The notes below the pieces were generated by a model, which was not told the origin of the DNA, ran no database searches, and was given only the letters and a program-made list of their open reading frames with translations. The translations under genes and the position numbers were made by a program. A stretch of 64,000 bases of DNA, from NCBI RefSeq assembly GCF_902652985.1, contig NC_047022.1, forward strand, positions 43,710,001 to 43,774,000, read 5' to 3'. Positions 1-14,529 of this stretch are shown here, in pieces (the stretch's first letter is position 1; the number at the start of each line of letters is the position of its first letter). This DNA comes from Pecten maximus (taxonomy: Eukaryota).

Positions 1-1230
1 TAATGGTTTTCCGAAACGGTGGTAAATTAAGAAAAGAAGAAAAGTGGTTATATGACGGATGTGTATTAGAAACCGTAGATGAATTTAATTATCTGGGGAT
101 ACAAATGAATTTTAATGGTAAATTTAAGAAAACTCAACAAAAAATTGCTGAACAAGGAAGAAAAGCATTATTTTCAATTTCGGGAGTATCAAAGAAAATT
201 TTTTTTAACGTTGAAACCCAACTACATGTTTTTGATACATACGTCGGTAGTATATTTAACTATGGGGCTGAAATTTGGGGTTTTCATAAAGCACCGGATA
301 TAGAGAAAATCCACTTGCAGTTTTTAAAAAGATTATTGGGGGTTAAGAAAAGTACTTCTAATTGTATGATTTACCAAGAATTAGGGAGATTACCTTTTGT
401 AATAGTGAGGAAATTTAGAATTTTTAAATATTGGTTGAAATTAAAACAAACCAATAACTGTGTGTTAAATGCTTGTTATCAAGATATGTTAGAAAACGGG
501 AATGAATGGTTGAATGAAGTAAAAGAAGAACTGTATAGAATGGGTGTTGGGTATATATGGCAAAATGGGGATATTTATACAGCTGATTATATTATGAATA
601 TTGTTAAATGCAGACTATGTGATATATTTATACAAGAATGTAAAGAAAAAATCAATTCATCTTCCAAGTGTTCACTGTACAAGTTTATTAGTGAAAAGTT
701 CTACTTACAGCCATATTTATCAAAACCAATAGGTACTTCTAATTTAAAAGAAATAACTAGAATTAGATTGTCATCACATAAATTAAATATTGAAATTGGT
801 AGATTTAATAACTTAGAAAGAAATCAAAGAATTTGTTCCTATTGTAACAGTGGAGACATTGAAGATGAATTTCATTTTATTATTAAATGTGAATTTCATT
901 TAGACCTAAGAAAACGTTTTATTAAGAAATATTATTATAATAAACCTAGTATGTACAAATTTATTCAACTTCTAGAAACAGTAAACAAAAAAGATCTTTC
1001 AAATTTAGCAAAATATATTAAATACAGTAATAAACAAAGAACAGATTTTTTATTAGTATAAAAAAAAAATGTCCTTCTACACTCTACCTGTTGTACAATG
1101 TATGTGTTAGTCCGGTTGTGTGTGAGTGTGTGTATGGGAGTGTGTGGTTTTTGTATTGTATCATTTCTGTACATGTATATATTTGTTGAACCGATGAGCC
1201 GTAAGGCTCAAGGAAATAAAGAACTTGAAT
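1..1230 (+). mobile_element. 3' end of a non-LTR retrotransposon (LINE ORF2, RT C-terminus plus C-terminal Cys/His motif); 5' part lies outside the window
   Basis: Uninterrupted ORF 3..1061 with post-RT motifs (FNYLG, YGAEIWG, ELGRLP) and IEIGR..RICSYCNSGDIEDEFHFIIKC. The 3' UTR has the hairpin TGAGCC-GTAA-GGCTCA (~1195-1210), then AATAAA-GAACTTGAA. Clade not assigned with certainty. Confidence 0.9.
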
Positions 1231-1794
1231 TCATACCTGTTACATATTAATTACCCTGTGTGGTGTGGGTCACACCTGATCAGGCTGGTTTCCCCAATTA
1301 ACTCCAAGGGGGTCCATTTATAGCAGGCATTATACCAATACCTTATCTAACTATAGGTATCCTCTCATAATATGTAAGTTAATAATTGACAAGATGAATG
1401 TACCTGTAGTCAGGTTTCCTTAATACATCATTTACAAACATGAAATAAATATAAAACCAAACCACTAGAATGTCTGAAGATGGAATTTGATATTTCATAT
1501 TGTTTTAGCATAGTATTAAAAATACACATGTCATGCATCTAGCATGGATCGAATTCATCTGGCCTTTATACGTTAAGACTGACATTTTGACAGAATATAC
1601 AAATGTACATGTATTATATTTAAGTCTAAATAAGAAGTCTCTGTCAGCAAGTCTAAATTAGTACTGAGTCAGGTTTAATTGTGCTACATACACGAACATG
1701 GGTAGCTATACCTTCAAAACTTGACTTGCACACATAATATACAACACATCAAATCATATAGCTCATAACAACATTTACCCAAGAACTGAAGTGC

Positions 1795-1990
1795 ACATCA
1801 TAGTGCACATGGGTTAACATTGTAGTGCACTGGAGTTAACATCGTAGTGCACTGGAGTTAACATCGTAGTGAACTCAAGTGCACTACGATGTTTAGTCTA
1901 GTGCACTACGTTGTTCACTACATGTGCACTACGAAGTGCACTTGGTACCAAGTTTAGTTTGCTCCCAACTGTAGTAGTGCACTACATTTA
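1795..1990. repeat. Short palindromic/tandem repeat built on GTAGTGCACTAC; related copy at ~10365-10430
   Basis: Several gtagtgcact / agtgcactac units in both orientations; the same motif recurs at 10370-10420. Confidence 0.6.
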
Positions 1991-2789
1991 GCTACAGGTA
2001 AACTAGTATTGAACTACGTCCAGTCAGGTGTGACCACAAATCCCCTTATACAGGTAATGGACAGTGCCACTGGACACCTGTGTTAGATACCTGAAGTTGT
2101 CATATATACAGACCTGTGTAAATTGACTGCCTTATATCTGTCATCCTGACTTTTACCAGGTATATTTAGATGTTGATAAAATTTTATATTATATTAACTC
2201 AAAATAAAATTGGCTGCGGTTCTTATATGGTATATTGCACAAGAGGAATTAAAACTATATCAATTGGATTTGCAGTGGGTTTTTTTATCATTACATGTAT
2301 TTTTTTTTAAATATTCCATTATAGTGTAAAATTAAGGTTTATCTTCATGATTTCAAAATTTTGATGCTTTTCATTTATTTTTTTTAGATGGTATTATATA
2401 CATTTTATATTAATGATTAATTCTACCGTAGGCCTTGATGACTGTTTGTAGATTTTTTTCTCAAGTACACTGTATATGTACATATATAGTCTTAAGGTGT
2501 GCCTGCTTTAACACCTGGCTATAGTTTTGTCAAGTCCCCACTCACCCCCCCCCCCCCCCCCCCCCTATATATATATATTTACTTTTTTTTTTTTTTTTTA
2601 ATTTCAATATATGTTTTCAGCAATGTCTATATTAAGTTCAATAAAGTGCTACATATACATATATGTATAAGTGACCAGTGGCTTCTGCAATGTAAACAAC
2701 CGGCCAAACAACAACTACTTGAACTGTTACATTAACAATAAGCTGTTACACAGGTGTTTGGTAGGTTTTTTCATTGATGTTGTATTCTC

Positions 2790-5700
2790 GCTCTGGAGCG
2801 TTCACATCGAGTCGGCAAACCGGACCAGAACAGGGGGAAACCACGCCAAATCATCGCGCGACTAAATTCCGTGGACGCCAAGTTTGCTCTACTCAAGTCA
2901 AGTCGCGGGTTTCGCTCCAATGATACATTCAAGGGCATCACTGTGAACGAGGACCTTACTAGATATCGTGGTCGATTAGCCTATCTCGCGAGGAACCTAG
3001 TTAAGGCCAACCTGATACTGCAGACATGGACAACAAATGGTAAGGTTATGATTAAAGACAAATCGTCCAAAATCATTCAAATCCGACGGGAATCAAAACT
3101 CGAACCCTTCGGTCACCAAATGTGATATCACCTAGTCGGAGTCAGCATCGCTGGGCTGACATCCCGACAGTGATGTATGTCTATATATAAACATTATAAA
3201 AATAGTTCTATATGGGAAACTTTATAGACCCCCTGATGAACCCGTTTCTTCTCGGGACCATATTGCTCATTCTATTGAACTTGCTTTCAACACTGGAATA
3301 CCTAATATTGTCATAACCGGCGACTTCAATGCAAACTTATTAAACAATAACAATCACTCTGTTCACCTACTTATTACATACAACCTTAACCAGAGTGTTG
3401 ACAGCCCTACCTTCTTTACCGAATCTTCTTCTTCCCTTCTAGATATTGTATGTGCTAATGATCCGTCCCTTATAAACTTCTGTCATGTCGGCGAAAGCTT
3501 CCTAGACCAGCCCATTAGATATCATTGTCCTGTTTATAGCAGCCTCAATATTTCTAAACCAGTCCAATCATATTTCAAACGTAACATCTGGCTTTATGAC
3601 CTTGGTGACTACGACGACTACAGAGACAAACTTTCTAAAATTGACTGGGACAGCATTCTCCACATTCATGACGTAGAAAAAAGTACTGATCTACTAACCG
3701 ACATTAAGCTTAAGACGGCTAGAGAATGTATACCAAATAAGATTATAACTGTAAGAAGCAACGCTCCTGTATGGCTAAACAACACTATAAGGAAATTGAT
3801 TCGTAAAAGAAAATATTTTCATCGGAAAGCAAAGAAATCTGGTAAAATAGACGATTGGGCCAAATTCAGAAAATTTAGAAATACATGTATCAGCGCCAGT
3901 CGCAATTCCAAACGAATTTTTTTAACAAACTCTGTGATAAACTTAATCATAGTAATAATACTGGTGCTAAGGAATGGTGGAAAATTATCAATAGTTTTAT
4001 GTCCAACTCCAAAAGGAAAAGCGACATTCCTCCTATTTCTGACAATAACGATATTTTACATGACGACCTGGATAAGGCAAACGCTTTCAACACTGTTTTC
4101 TCTTCACAATCTACTATTGATGACACTTACATTGACCCCCTGTACTAAACCAGTCTCATACACATATACTTTCTGATATTGTAATATCTCGCCAGGACGT
4201 TCTTGATGCTATACATTCCCTCGACACGAAGAAAGCCTCTGGTCCCGACCTTGTAAGTCCACGTTTGATTAAGGAAGCTGCCGATATTTTAAGCTATCCA
4301 CTACAAGCAGTATTTAACCTTTCGCTCACTGCATGTATATTCCCATCATCTTGTAAAATTGCTAATGTTACACCAGTATATAAAAAGATGACCCATCTGC
4401 TTTAAGTAATTATCGACCTATATCACTACTGTCAATTGTTGGTAAATTGATGGAACGATGCGTATATAAATATGTTTACAACTATCTCGTTGACAAGTCC
4501 CTACTAACACCCTGTCAGTCTGGTTTCAGATCCGGCGACTCCACTATTTATCAACTCATATCTATTGCTAATGAAATCTTCTCCGCTTTGGATAAAGGTA
4601 AAGAAATCAGAATGGTATTTTGTTATATAAGCAAGGCCTTTGACCGGGTTTAGCATCGAGGCCTTCTTTCTAAAATAAGATCGTTGGGTATCACAGGAAA
4701 TCTTTTTACTTGGTTCACGGATTACTTAAAAAATCGTTGTCAGCGTGTTGTTATAAATGGTTAACAATCTTATTTAGCATATATCACAGCGGGAGTTCCC
4801 CAGGGATCAATTTTAGGACCATTACTATTTTTAATTTTCATAAATGATATTGTTCATGACATCCATTGTAATATAAAACTATTTGCTGACGATACGTCTC
4901 TATGTCGAAGTGGAGTCGCCGGGTCTGGCAATAAATTTGTTAAATAACGACCTAACCAAAATTCATGAGTGGTCTCAGACATGGCTTGTAAATTGTAATC
5001 CTAACAAAACTGTTACAATGACTGTAAGTAAGAAACATGACAAACCTATCCATCCACCCCTGATCATGAATAACATTTCCCTGACTGAAGTACCGTGCCA
5101 TAAACACCTCGGTGTATCAATATCTGCTAACGGCCAGTTGGACTAACAATATCCAATATATAACTAGTAAAGCCTCTAAAACCTTAGTTTACTTAGAAAC
5201 CTCAAATTTAGTATTGACAGGAAGTCTCTTCAAACTATTTATTATACTTTCATTAGACCCCTATTAGAATATGGTGATATTGTATGGGACAACCTATCTC
5301 TAGGCCAAAACCAGATTCTTGAAAATATACAGCTAGAATCGTGACTGGTGCAACTAAACTCACAAGCCACGATATACTTTATGTAGGAACCGGATGGGAC
5401 CCCCTTAGTGCTCACAGGAGAAAGCATAAGATTGTTCATGGTCAGTGTCCTCCTTATCTGAAAAACTTCCTACCTGCTCGTCATTCTGATATTCATACTC
5501 ATAACACAGAAGAGCTAATAATTTCTATCAAATAAACTGTAGAACAAAACTCTATAAAGATTCTTTTATAGCCCCTTCTGTTGATTTATGGAACACACTT
5601 CCTGAAAACATCAAATCCAATCCGTCCATAACTAACTTAAAAAAAAATTCTTAACTCCGACACTCTTTCTGCTCACTCTGTCCCTCAGCACTATTACCAC

Positions 5701-6305
5701 TGCAGAAGCAGACACGGCCAGACCCATCATTCACGTCTAAGAATGAATTGCAGCTCATTGAATACTCATCTGTTCGCTCGAACTTAGTTGATAGCCCGAT
5801 GTGTTCGTGTAATCTGTCTACGGAAACTACTGAACACTTCCTCCTCCATTGTGCCAATTACCGGCAGCTTAGACTTCAATGTTTTAATCGCCTTTCTCCT
5901 AACTATAATTTTATCCTTTTACTCCATGGTAGTCCAGAATTCCCTGTTCAGTTCAACGAAGTTATTTTTGATTGTGTTCAAAATTTCATCATTTAATCTA
6001 AACGTTTCTGAAATTACCATTACCTTTATGCCAGAAATCCTATTTATTGTCGCGATACTTATATACACTTTGTATGGCGCAAATTTGGTTAAGATTTTGT
6101 GTTTGTATTGTTTTACTCTATACTAATAGTAAATATTTACTGTACAGAAAATACATGTATAGTCCCAATACTTATATCATATAGTGTAAGAACATTTTTA
6201 TTATGAATGTTTGTTCCATTCTTGCACTTTTGATGCCAACCCCGATGCCACCCAGTAATCCCCAACCTGACCCCTGCACACGTTCTCTTTCTCTTCCCTG
6301 CACAT

Positions 6306-6343
<38 letters not shown>

Positions 6344-6510
6344 TATATATGACATATGTATTATTAATTTTGTCAATATCGGTCCATAGCCTATATCTAC
6401 ATCAGGAGACGGATTAATATAAGTACCAAGTACTTGTTTCTGTATCCTTATATTTGTATCATTTGTATGTACCATTGCTATAACCAAATAAAATACAGTT
6501 TAAACCAAAT
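2790..6510 (+). mobile_element. Degenerate CR1-like LINE (ORF1 C-terminus, partial endonuclease, RT, 3' UTR)
   Basis: ORF1 remnant LERSHRVGK..KPRQIIAR..ITVNEDLT..QTWTTNGKVMIK. APE motifs GNFYRPP and ITGDFNANL. RT motifs [49 protein letters not shown]-terminal CSC..ETTEHFLLHC. Many stops and frameshifts; tail AAATAAAATACAGTTTAAACCAAA at ~6487-6510. Confidence 0.92.
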
Positions 6511-9500
6511 ATATCATTAATGGCTTCATGTGTATCAACAGTGAAATGTCTATGTATACATTTGTTTTTATATTATTTCTATGATTTTAATCATTCCTAA
6601 AATTAAAATAATTACAACACAGAGCAACATGGTTAGGCACTCATTATATTATAATTTGAGACACAGATACTCGTCCGCAGGGGATTTTGTCCTACACTAT
6701 AGGTTTTTTTGTTTTGCGAATCATCATAAAATAATACATTTATATATACATTTTTCTTCACAATAAGGATATTCAATAAATATAGTTTATATGCTGATTT
6801 TCTTTCATTATAAGTAGAGGTAAAATCCCCATCAGTTATACATTTTAAGGTAAAAAACAATTAATCATTTTCTTAATGCAATAGGAAAAAAACTTAAATG
6901 CTGATCAAAATGTATCCCAAAATAAACAATTAAATATTATTTATTTAATTGCATTTATGACCTGTGCTTGTTGGTATATATTCTATATTGATATGTATTA
7001 GAATCGTGTTAAATTCTGACTAAGCTGGCTATATGTGTTCTATTACTCTGTAAATAGATACATGTTAATGAGGTATGTCATGTGAGCTGCGGATGCTGCG
7101 CAGTACAGGATTTACTCCTAAGGTCACGTGATCAAAACCACATAGCGTCACTTGGAAAAGATACACAAAGGCCAAAGGTAACACCGTTTTTTTAATTTAC
7201 ATACCTCCTTCCCAAAGGACCACTAAGTTGGTTCAATTTCTTTTGTTACTGCCTTTTTGTCTCTTTTCAATTGATGATTGTGTCAACTTAATAGATTTTG
7301 CATTTTGTTGAAAGTATAAAAACATGTGTATGCTTTATGCAACACTTGTTTTTGTTTTTATTGATACTCAGTTTTTTCTGTAACATTACATTTGTAATCT
7401 TGTATTCTGATAGTGTAGTGTGTTTATATGGGGCCTTTCCCCCCTTACCTACACTAGTCAAGCATACTTGTTAACCTTGCATTAATATGTAATACTATGG
7501 AAGTACATTGTATATGTTGTAGTCATGCTATGACATGATATTATGTAAGGTTGATATTTGATTATGAATGTCGTTTTAAATAAATGACCATTTCTATTCT
7601 ATATGAATGTGTTAAGTTGTTATTGACTAATGAACAAGCTGGCAGTTGACTGATGGTGTAAGAAACAAGCAGCTGAGCATACATTTTGTTTTTAAACAAT
7701 ATTGCAAACAAGAAATATCTTTTAAAAAGATAAACGACATAGTTTTAATGCCTGTGGTTATAATATAAATCTGCTGGTGAAATAAATAAACGAACTAATG
7801 TGGTTCAGTACAGATAACAAAATTATATCAGTTTGAATCATTTTTGGTGATAATAAAACTGCATTTTAATCAGGAATATAATTGTATTAATGTGTCATTT
7901 GAAAAGATACATCTTATTCAGCTTGCATTCAATCTTAACTTTGTTTAGTTTTTAACTGCATATCTGCATTTTGCATTGGCCACTACATTGACCAATCACA
8001 TACTTCATCTTGACCAGTAACGCCACCTGTCGCGTCATTTCCGGGCCAAAGAATATTAGACGGTTATGCCGAAAAATATGTTAACGTGAACTGTAAAAAA
8101 AGCTTTGGCTTAAGGTCCACATGATCCACATGTGTATATAATATATTTGTTAGCAGGTAACTTTATAGAAGAAAATTATGAAATTACAAATACAAGTGTT
8201 TTATAATTCAAGTGCCATGAAAACATGTATGCGTGTTATTTACTTCGCAGTTCATGTACCATTTGCACGAGGTTCACTTCCCTTCATCAGTCCATGCAAG
8301 CAACAAAATTGACAATCAATCCTTATATTAACGTTTACTAAATTAAAAACTTCGCCACCAGATTGCGAAATTCGGTCACAACGGTGTGACGTAAGTATGT
8401 CATTTTGTAACATTGTTATACTTATCGTACATGTGTGCACAGTAGGACTAGTGGAACAGCAGGCAATCAGCTATTCTCGTCGCCAAGGCAACACAAAATA
8501 TAGTCCCATACACGTTTTGATTATTACGATGTTAATACACATAAATACGATATTTTCAAGGTAAAATATTCATTTAGAACAAATATTTATGATATTGTAT
8601 AATAAAAACTTAGCAATACCCATATAAATACGAATTGAAAGTGCAGTGTTGACAGTATAGTAAGTGTGTCGAGACAACGGGACTCGGTTAAAAAAATGAG
8701 CACGTGACGACAGCTGTTCAGTAAAATATCACAACATTAAAAACAGAGTTTATATACTCTCTAAAGCCCTTGAAAAAAATTATTTAGTAAGGTTTTATAA
8801 TTTGAGTGAATGTTGGATTTTTAGTCTTTCGATTATTTATAGATGTCATATGTTACTCAAAATTTAACGCCGAACCCCTGTGACCGTATGTGATGCAGTC
8901 TAATAGCCGGGATATTCAGAGCTCCAGAAAAGTGTAACAATGTGAATTTTAGTCACAGGTTAGCTGATTATGTACATTGTGTTATTGAAATATTGGATTT
9001 CATTGTCGTACTGGCGTTTTGGGATGTAAATTCTGATAATAGTAAGTAAAGAAACATTGATTTGAAAATCACGGTATTCGACAGCTGGAAACTTGTGTCC
9101 TCCATATATGTTTAGATTAGGTCAAATTACGACAATAATGTGTCCCTGTGCTCGATATAGCATACTGCTGCTACAGTCTGTTTTGTGTTGTTAAATAGTG
9201 TTAAAATTGGGATTTATTTTCTGTGACCACTAAAATGGTATCCGAGTATGGCATTCGAGATACAGCTAACGTTAGACCTACTGCGCTACGTAGGTCATGA
9301 GCTCGGTGCTATCGGGAATGTCAGTGTTCTGTCGGATCCTGTTTTCTAAATTGTCTGCATTATACTGGCATTTTTATTAGCACATAAAGCGTCTATTCCA
9401 CTTGTGTTTATATACGTTGATAACAATGTTACACAATTCACAAAATGAAAGTGCATTCAAGTCTGAGGCGGTACGGCACTCGTTCGCCATTGTAAACTCA

Positions 9501-10451
9501 GTGAATGTATTCACACGCCGGCAAGAAAGTGATTCGTCTCTCAGAACAGAAGCACGCGACCCAAAATCTTCAACGGGAAATGAAGTGATCTCAGTTTACT
9601 ATGTTCATTGAGGCGGAGCAAAGTGAAAATGTAAATATATAAGCTTAAAACTGTTGCCCTCGCCTACCCCAAGTTTGCCAGTATATGTATTTCATGACAA
9701 AAAATACATTAATTGTTCCCTCAGGCCATTCTCTCATTCTGTGTTACCTGTAACTGATACATGTACCCGGAATCAGATCCAATATGTTAGATCTTCAAAG
9801 TATTAGATAACTGCACACGGGTACATGTACAGAATTTCAACTTTTTCAGTAAAGGAAGATGGAAGGTGTATTACAAGTAACATATACCTTTTATAAACTT
9901 AATATTTTGAAATGTAGTACTGTTATGATCACTTAATTACAAGTACATTCAAAGAATCTCTTTCTTTACATGTTAAATCAATGTTTAATTTCTTTGTGTT
10001 CAGGTTTCTTACTTCTTACAAAAATGAAATTATGAATATGCTGCTTAATTTAATCTGAAACCACAATATAAATTAAATGTATCAAATTGAAAATGTTCAA
10101 GTAACGATAATTGTTTTCAAATATTTTATTATATACTTTCATATGATGAAAACAAAATTACTGGAATTAAATATGGGAAATAAATAACTGATCAATCAAT
10201 ACAAAATATTAAGTACCTAAAGATAAATAAAACTTGGCTTGAACAATTTAACTTAGTTAAAGGATTTATAAAGTAAATCTGTCTAACTTAGTTACAGTGT
10301 ATAATTAACAAGAATAGAAAGGTTGAAATTACCTGTATGGGAGTTTTGCTGTTCATCACCTCTTAGGGTGTAGTGCACTACTAGTTTACCTGTAGTTTAA
10401 ATGTAGTGCACTACTAGTTTAAACGTAGTACTAGGTGTAAAGGTTAACTTA

Positions 10452-11142
10452 CACTCAACTGTATACTTATTTTCGATTCTTCCAGCCTTTCATGAAGTTC
10501 TTTTTTGTAACTTAATGACAGTTTTGAATTTTCCTCTATAACTATTTTACCCTTGTAAGTGGTTGAGCTATCATACCGTCAATCTCATGCTTACGTTTAT
10601 ATTTTACCCTTGTAAGTGGTTGAGCTATCATACCGTCAATCTCATGCTTACGTTTATATTTTACCCTTGTAAGTGGTTGAGCTATCATACCGTCAATCTC
10701 ATGCTTACGTTTATATTTTACCCTTGTAAGTGGTTCAGCTATCATACCGTCAATCTCATGCTTACGTTTATATTTTATCCTTGTAAGTGGTTCAGCTATG
10801 ATACCATCAATCTCATGCTTACGTTTCTTCGCCTTGTGTCTTTACTTCTGCTGCTTCAAGTTCAGAACTGACAGTATTTGTTTTCAGAATCTCTTGTGTA
10901 GCACTGATTTCTGGCTGAATTTGAAGTTCTTCTTGTTCGGTACCATTGACGTATTCCTCGATTTCCCGTTTGTCTTTAGGTCTCATTTCACTAAGTCTGA
11001 CAATGTCATGGGCCTTATGATACGCGGAAGCACATTTTGCACATACGGGATCCAAACACGATTTACAAAACCAGTCCACGGGGGTGCGAGGATGGTGGCA
11101 GCAATTCGTCTGACCCTCGGGACCGAAAAGGATCTCTGGCAT
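10452..11142 (-). pseudogene. B-box zinc finger + coiled-coil (tripartite-motif-like) exon, disrupted
   Basis: CCHHPRTPVDWFCKSCLDPVCAKCASAYHKAHDIV is a type-2 B-box, followed by heptad-rich sequence. There is a frameshift/stop at ~10820 and a 60-bp tandem expansion. Coiled coil resumes in another frame (NSYREENSKLSLSYKKELHERLEESK) up to a GTAAGT donor at ~10452. Confidence 0.75.
10543..10826. repeat. 60-bp tandem repeat, ~4.7 copies, inside the B-box pseudogene
   Basis: Unit tattttacccttgtaagtggttgagctatcataccgtcaatctcatgcttacgttta repeats at 60-nt spacing and encodes KRKHEIDGMIAQPLTRVKY on the minus strand. Confidence 0.95.
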
Positions 11143-11439
11143 TTCACTTTCACCTAATGCCTGTGGTGAAGGATGATGTCAGTTTGTATCTGTTAATCGT
11201 TTTCGTAAATACAATGTAAGTACCTGTATTGTGAGTTTACGATTCTTGTATCTTTGTTGTAAATTTTAATGATATGCGATGGAACGGTGCTTTAACATGA
11301 TTCCTTGGCCACGTTATGTTAACCGTACGAGATAAGGCCTCACATTTTACATATGAGTTCCTGGTGATAAAACATTTCCATTTCTGACCTTGGCCGTAAC
11401 TTTTGGTCCACTTTTAAAAAACTAACTTCGAATTTCAAC

Positions 11440-12260
11440 CCACTCAGCGGTATGCAACTCATGTCCAAGCTAGATGGATGCTGCACGACAGCAATGGAGG
11501 ATACTGTATCCTGGGCTAGAATGAAGTTCAAACCTGCTAAATCCAGAGGTCTCATCATGGAAATGGCCCGTGTGACAGGGCAGTTCCGTCTTATTATTCA
11601 GGGAGAAGAAATTCAATCTATTTAGGGCAACCTAATAAAAGGCATGGAACACAGAAGGCACCAACATTCCAAGGGACAGACACCATCAGGAAAAGCAAGA
11701 AATAACAAACTAGGGTTTCTTAGAGATTCAGAAGACTGGGAGATGCGAATGGATCTTGGTGATAGGAAATTGGTTTTCCCGGAGATCATGGAGACAACAC
11801 TGTGACCAGAAAAAGTGTTATCACCCAGCAAGATAAAACTAGTAATGGTGGAACTGACTGTCATGGGAGAAGAGGTGTGAATCAGCACATGAAAGGAAGA
11901 AGCGCAAGTATGCAGAGCTGACAGAGGAGTGTGGCAGAAAAGGCTGGTAGGTGTGGAACTTTACTGCGAAAATAGGCTGCAGAGGATACAAACATGATGG
12001 AGGACGTTCAGATCCCTCGGCATCATAGGTGTATGGGAAGCCGCAATTAGTGAGTTGGGACAGAAAACGGAGCGGGCATCACGATGGCTGTGGATGCGGC
12101 ATGGAGAAAGTAACTGGGTACAAATGGTCGGAGAGTTAGGAGGTGATCACCCCTGCTGATCCACCATCCGGAGAGAGTTCCGGGATAGGGGTTGAAACCT
12201 TCGACGACGGAAGGACCTGACTGATGACTACGACAGTTGAGCAACACTAACAGCTGCATT
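11440..12260 (+). mobile_element. HERO-like (restriction-like endonuclease) non-LTR retrotransposon remnant, internally deleted
   Basis: RT tail SWARMKFKPAKSRGL joined to an RLE region: EDWEMRMDLG..LVFPEIMETTL*P..VMVELTV..HERKKRKYAELTEEC..KGW..IGCRG. Multiple stops; structured 3' UTR. Confidence 0.8.
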
Positions 12261-12436
12261 ATGGTACTAGTTATCCGTAAACGTACATTAAGAAAAAGAA
12301 GAAAAAAATTTAACAGACAGTAAACCTTTTACAATAAAAGAAAAAACCTAGACAATAAACCTATATATCTATGAATACTTTTATCACAGGCGTCTGCTTT
12401 TGGTTAGTATTGATAGAAACAAAAATATTAGCCCTG

Positions 12437-12842
12437 CTCATACTATATCAACAAGGTGCAACACTCGAGAAACCGGAAGTGGGAATGAGCTTCGATTCAC
12501 TATGAATTTAAGTTCAATCCGAGTAAAATATCAAATTCACGTAAAGTTCAGTAACGTTGGTTATCCTTAACACTATCAATAAGTGTTATTCTTTTGTTGT
12601 ATGGCAATGATTTAAAGATAAGATGAATCAAAAGCGATCGTGATAGCCAACGATGCATCTTCTGTGGAACGGAAGTAGTCTGTATATTTTAGAGTAGTAT
12701 AAAGGGGAGCAATCTCATTGGTCGACAACTCGATAATCAATACTTATTATAATTGTCGACCAATCATGACTAGATCTACTTTCGTTCCACAGTCGATGCA
12801 TCGAAAATCTTCAAGTGTTCCACCTTGTTGATAAAGTATGAG
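12437..12842. mobile_element. Inverted-repeat MITE-like element
   Basis: ctcatactatatcaacaaggtgcaacactcga (~12437) pairs with tcaagtgttccaccttgttgataaagtatgag (~12811-12842). There are inner inverted pairs cgatgcatc..tgtggaacggaagtag / ctactttcgttccaca..gatgcatcg and attggtcgacaa / ttgtcgaccaat. Confidence 0.65.
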
Positions 12843-13076
12843 TTTATTTTTCTATTACTAGTAATACTAATATACCTACACATGAACCCTCACATATAAG
12901 CTGAACAAACCCTAACACACCCACATACCCACCACTACTCATAACCACCGCACATTCACGCCCTTACAAACACATATATAGTCTTTTCAATTTATTTGTA
13001 TTTCCCTTATGTCTGTGCATTTGAATTCCTATAGATTTGCCTTGTGATCATTTTGTTTCAAATACGACATTGTATT

Positions 13077-13335
13077 CATAGCATAGTATTTTGGTTTATG
13101 CTGTTTAACCTTATTCACCCATAGCATAGTATTTTGGTTTATGCTGTTTAACCTTATTCCCCCATAGCGTAGTATTTTGGTTTATGCTGTTTAAGCTTAT
13201 TCCCCCATAGCGTAGTATTTTGGTTTATGCTGTTTAACCTTATTCACCCATAGCATAGTATTTTGGTTTATGCTGTTTAACCTTATTCCCCCATAGCGTA
13301 GTATTTTGGTTTATGCTGTTTAACCTTATTCCCCA
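13077..13335. repeat. ~43-bp minisatellite, ~6 copies
   Basis: Repeated catagcatagtattttggtttatgctgtttaaccttattc(a/c)cc. Confidence 0.95.
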
Positions 13336-14529
13336 GTTTCGTTTTCTTCAGATTATTTTAAATCTGTTTGGTTGGGGTGACAATACTTTAGCAAAAGATC
13401 AATATGTTACCGTGTAGACAAAATTATCTGATCCGTGTCCGTAAGTACATATTTATAGACATTTACAGTCAGCTGTGTTTACCTTCTCAGTTACCTGTAC
13501 TCTGCGATACAAATATACAAGTGAAAGGTAAGATGGATATTTGTTTCTTTTCTAAAACGTAAACATGTACATACTTTAAAAAGTGATGATCGATGCGGTT
13601 TAGATTTCGACAATTTCGCTGTCCACAGAGTCCAGATTATCGTAAGAAATTAAGTGATTCCCACATTACCCGAGATCGTAGTTCAATAACGACCCGGCAA
13701 GTTTGTAGATCGTGCATGGCTAGTTGCACACATAACAAGGTCGACGGTAAAATGCGCATATACATATCCATTTCGTATTCCTTTCAACATATCATTAGCG
13801 CCTGCATCGCTCGCCTGGATAAAGAAAACAAAATAATATATTATATTAAATAGTATATTATGTGATAGTACAAAAAGTATATAAATACATAAACGGCTAC
13901 ATCAATGTTTACATCAATGGCGATGATTAATTCAGCTTTACAGTGTTATCAATAGAAAGTTCGCTATTTTTTCGAGAAATAATAGACAATTGTTTACATT
14001 GGATATGTCGTAGTTACCTAAAGTGGCATAACACGACAACAGAGAGAAGTGTATCATTATAGGGATTGGTTGACGTGATGGTCGGACGAAGATGAGTGCT
14101 GTTTTCTCTCCTTTTTTTGTCGTTGATAATTTCCCAATTGACTAGGACGAATTTCTTTGATTTTGTTTAGGTACAGACCAACTAGCTATCAAGTCAGGCT
14201 TTACCTGACTCGCCGTACGTGCGCACGCATGCTCATTACTATGCACATCCAACACGTCATCCAGGTGCATGAGTATTTGCTCGGAAACTGTCAGTGGATC
14301 AACAATGTTAGGGGGAATCTCGCACTCCGGACTAATAAGTCATTAATCGTTTTTACAACAAAACCACCCTCTTTAAGAGCAGACACATTGTTTTTTTCTC
14401 AAAAATACAGAAGTGGGCTTTGTAAAGAAAGGTATCTTGTAACCATGTCTCACAGTTTCAATTATGAACTCGCTACTACCAATGCCTTCCCAAAACTCAA
14501 TCTGCTCCTCACAGCTATATTTGCCTGAC

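Noticed and set aside
8600-9660. CpG-richer stretch resembling a promoter or non-autonomous DNA transposon
   Set aside because: No termini, TSD or linked exon could be defined.
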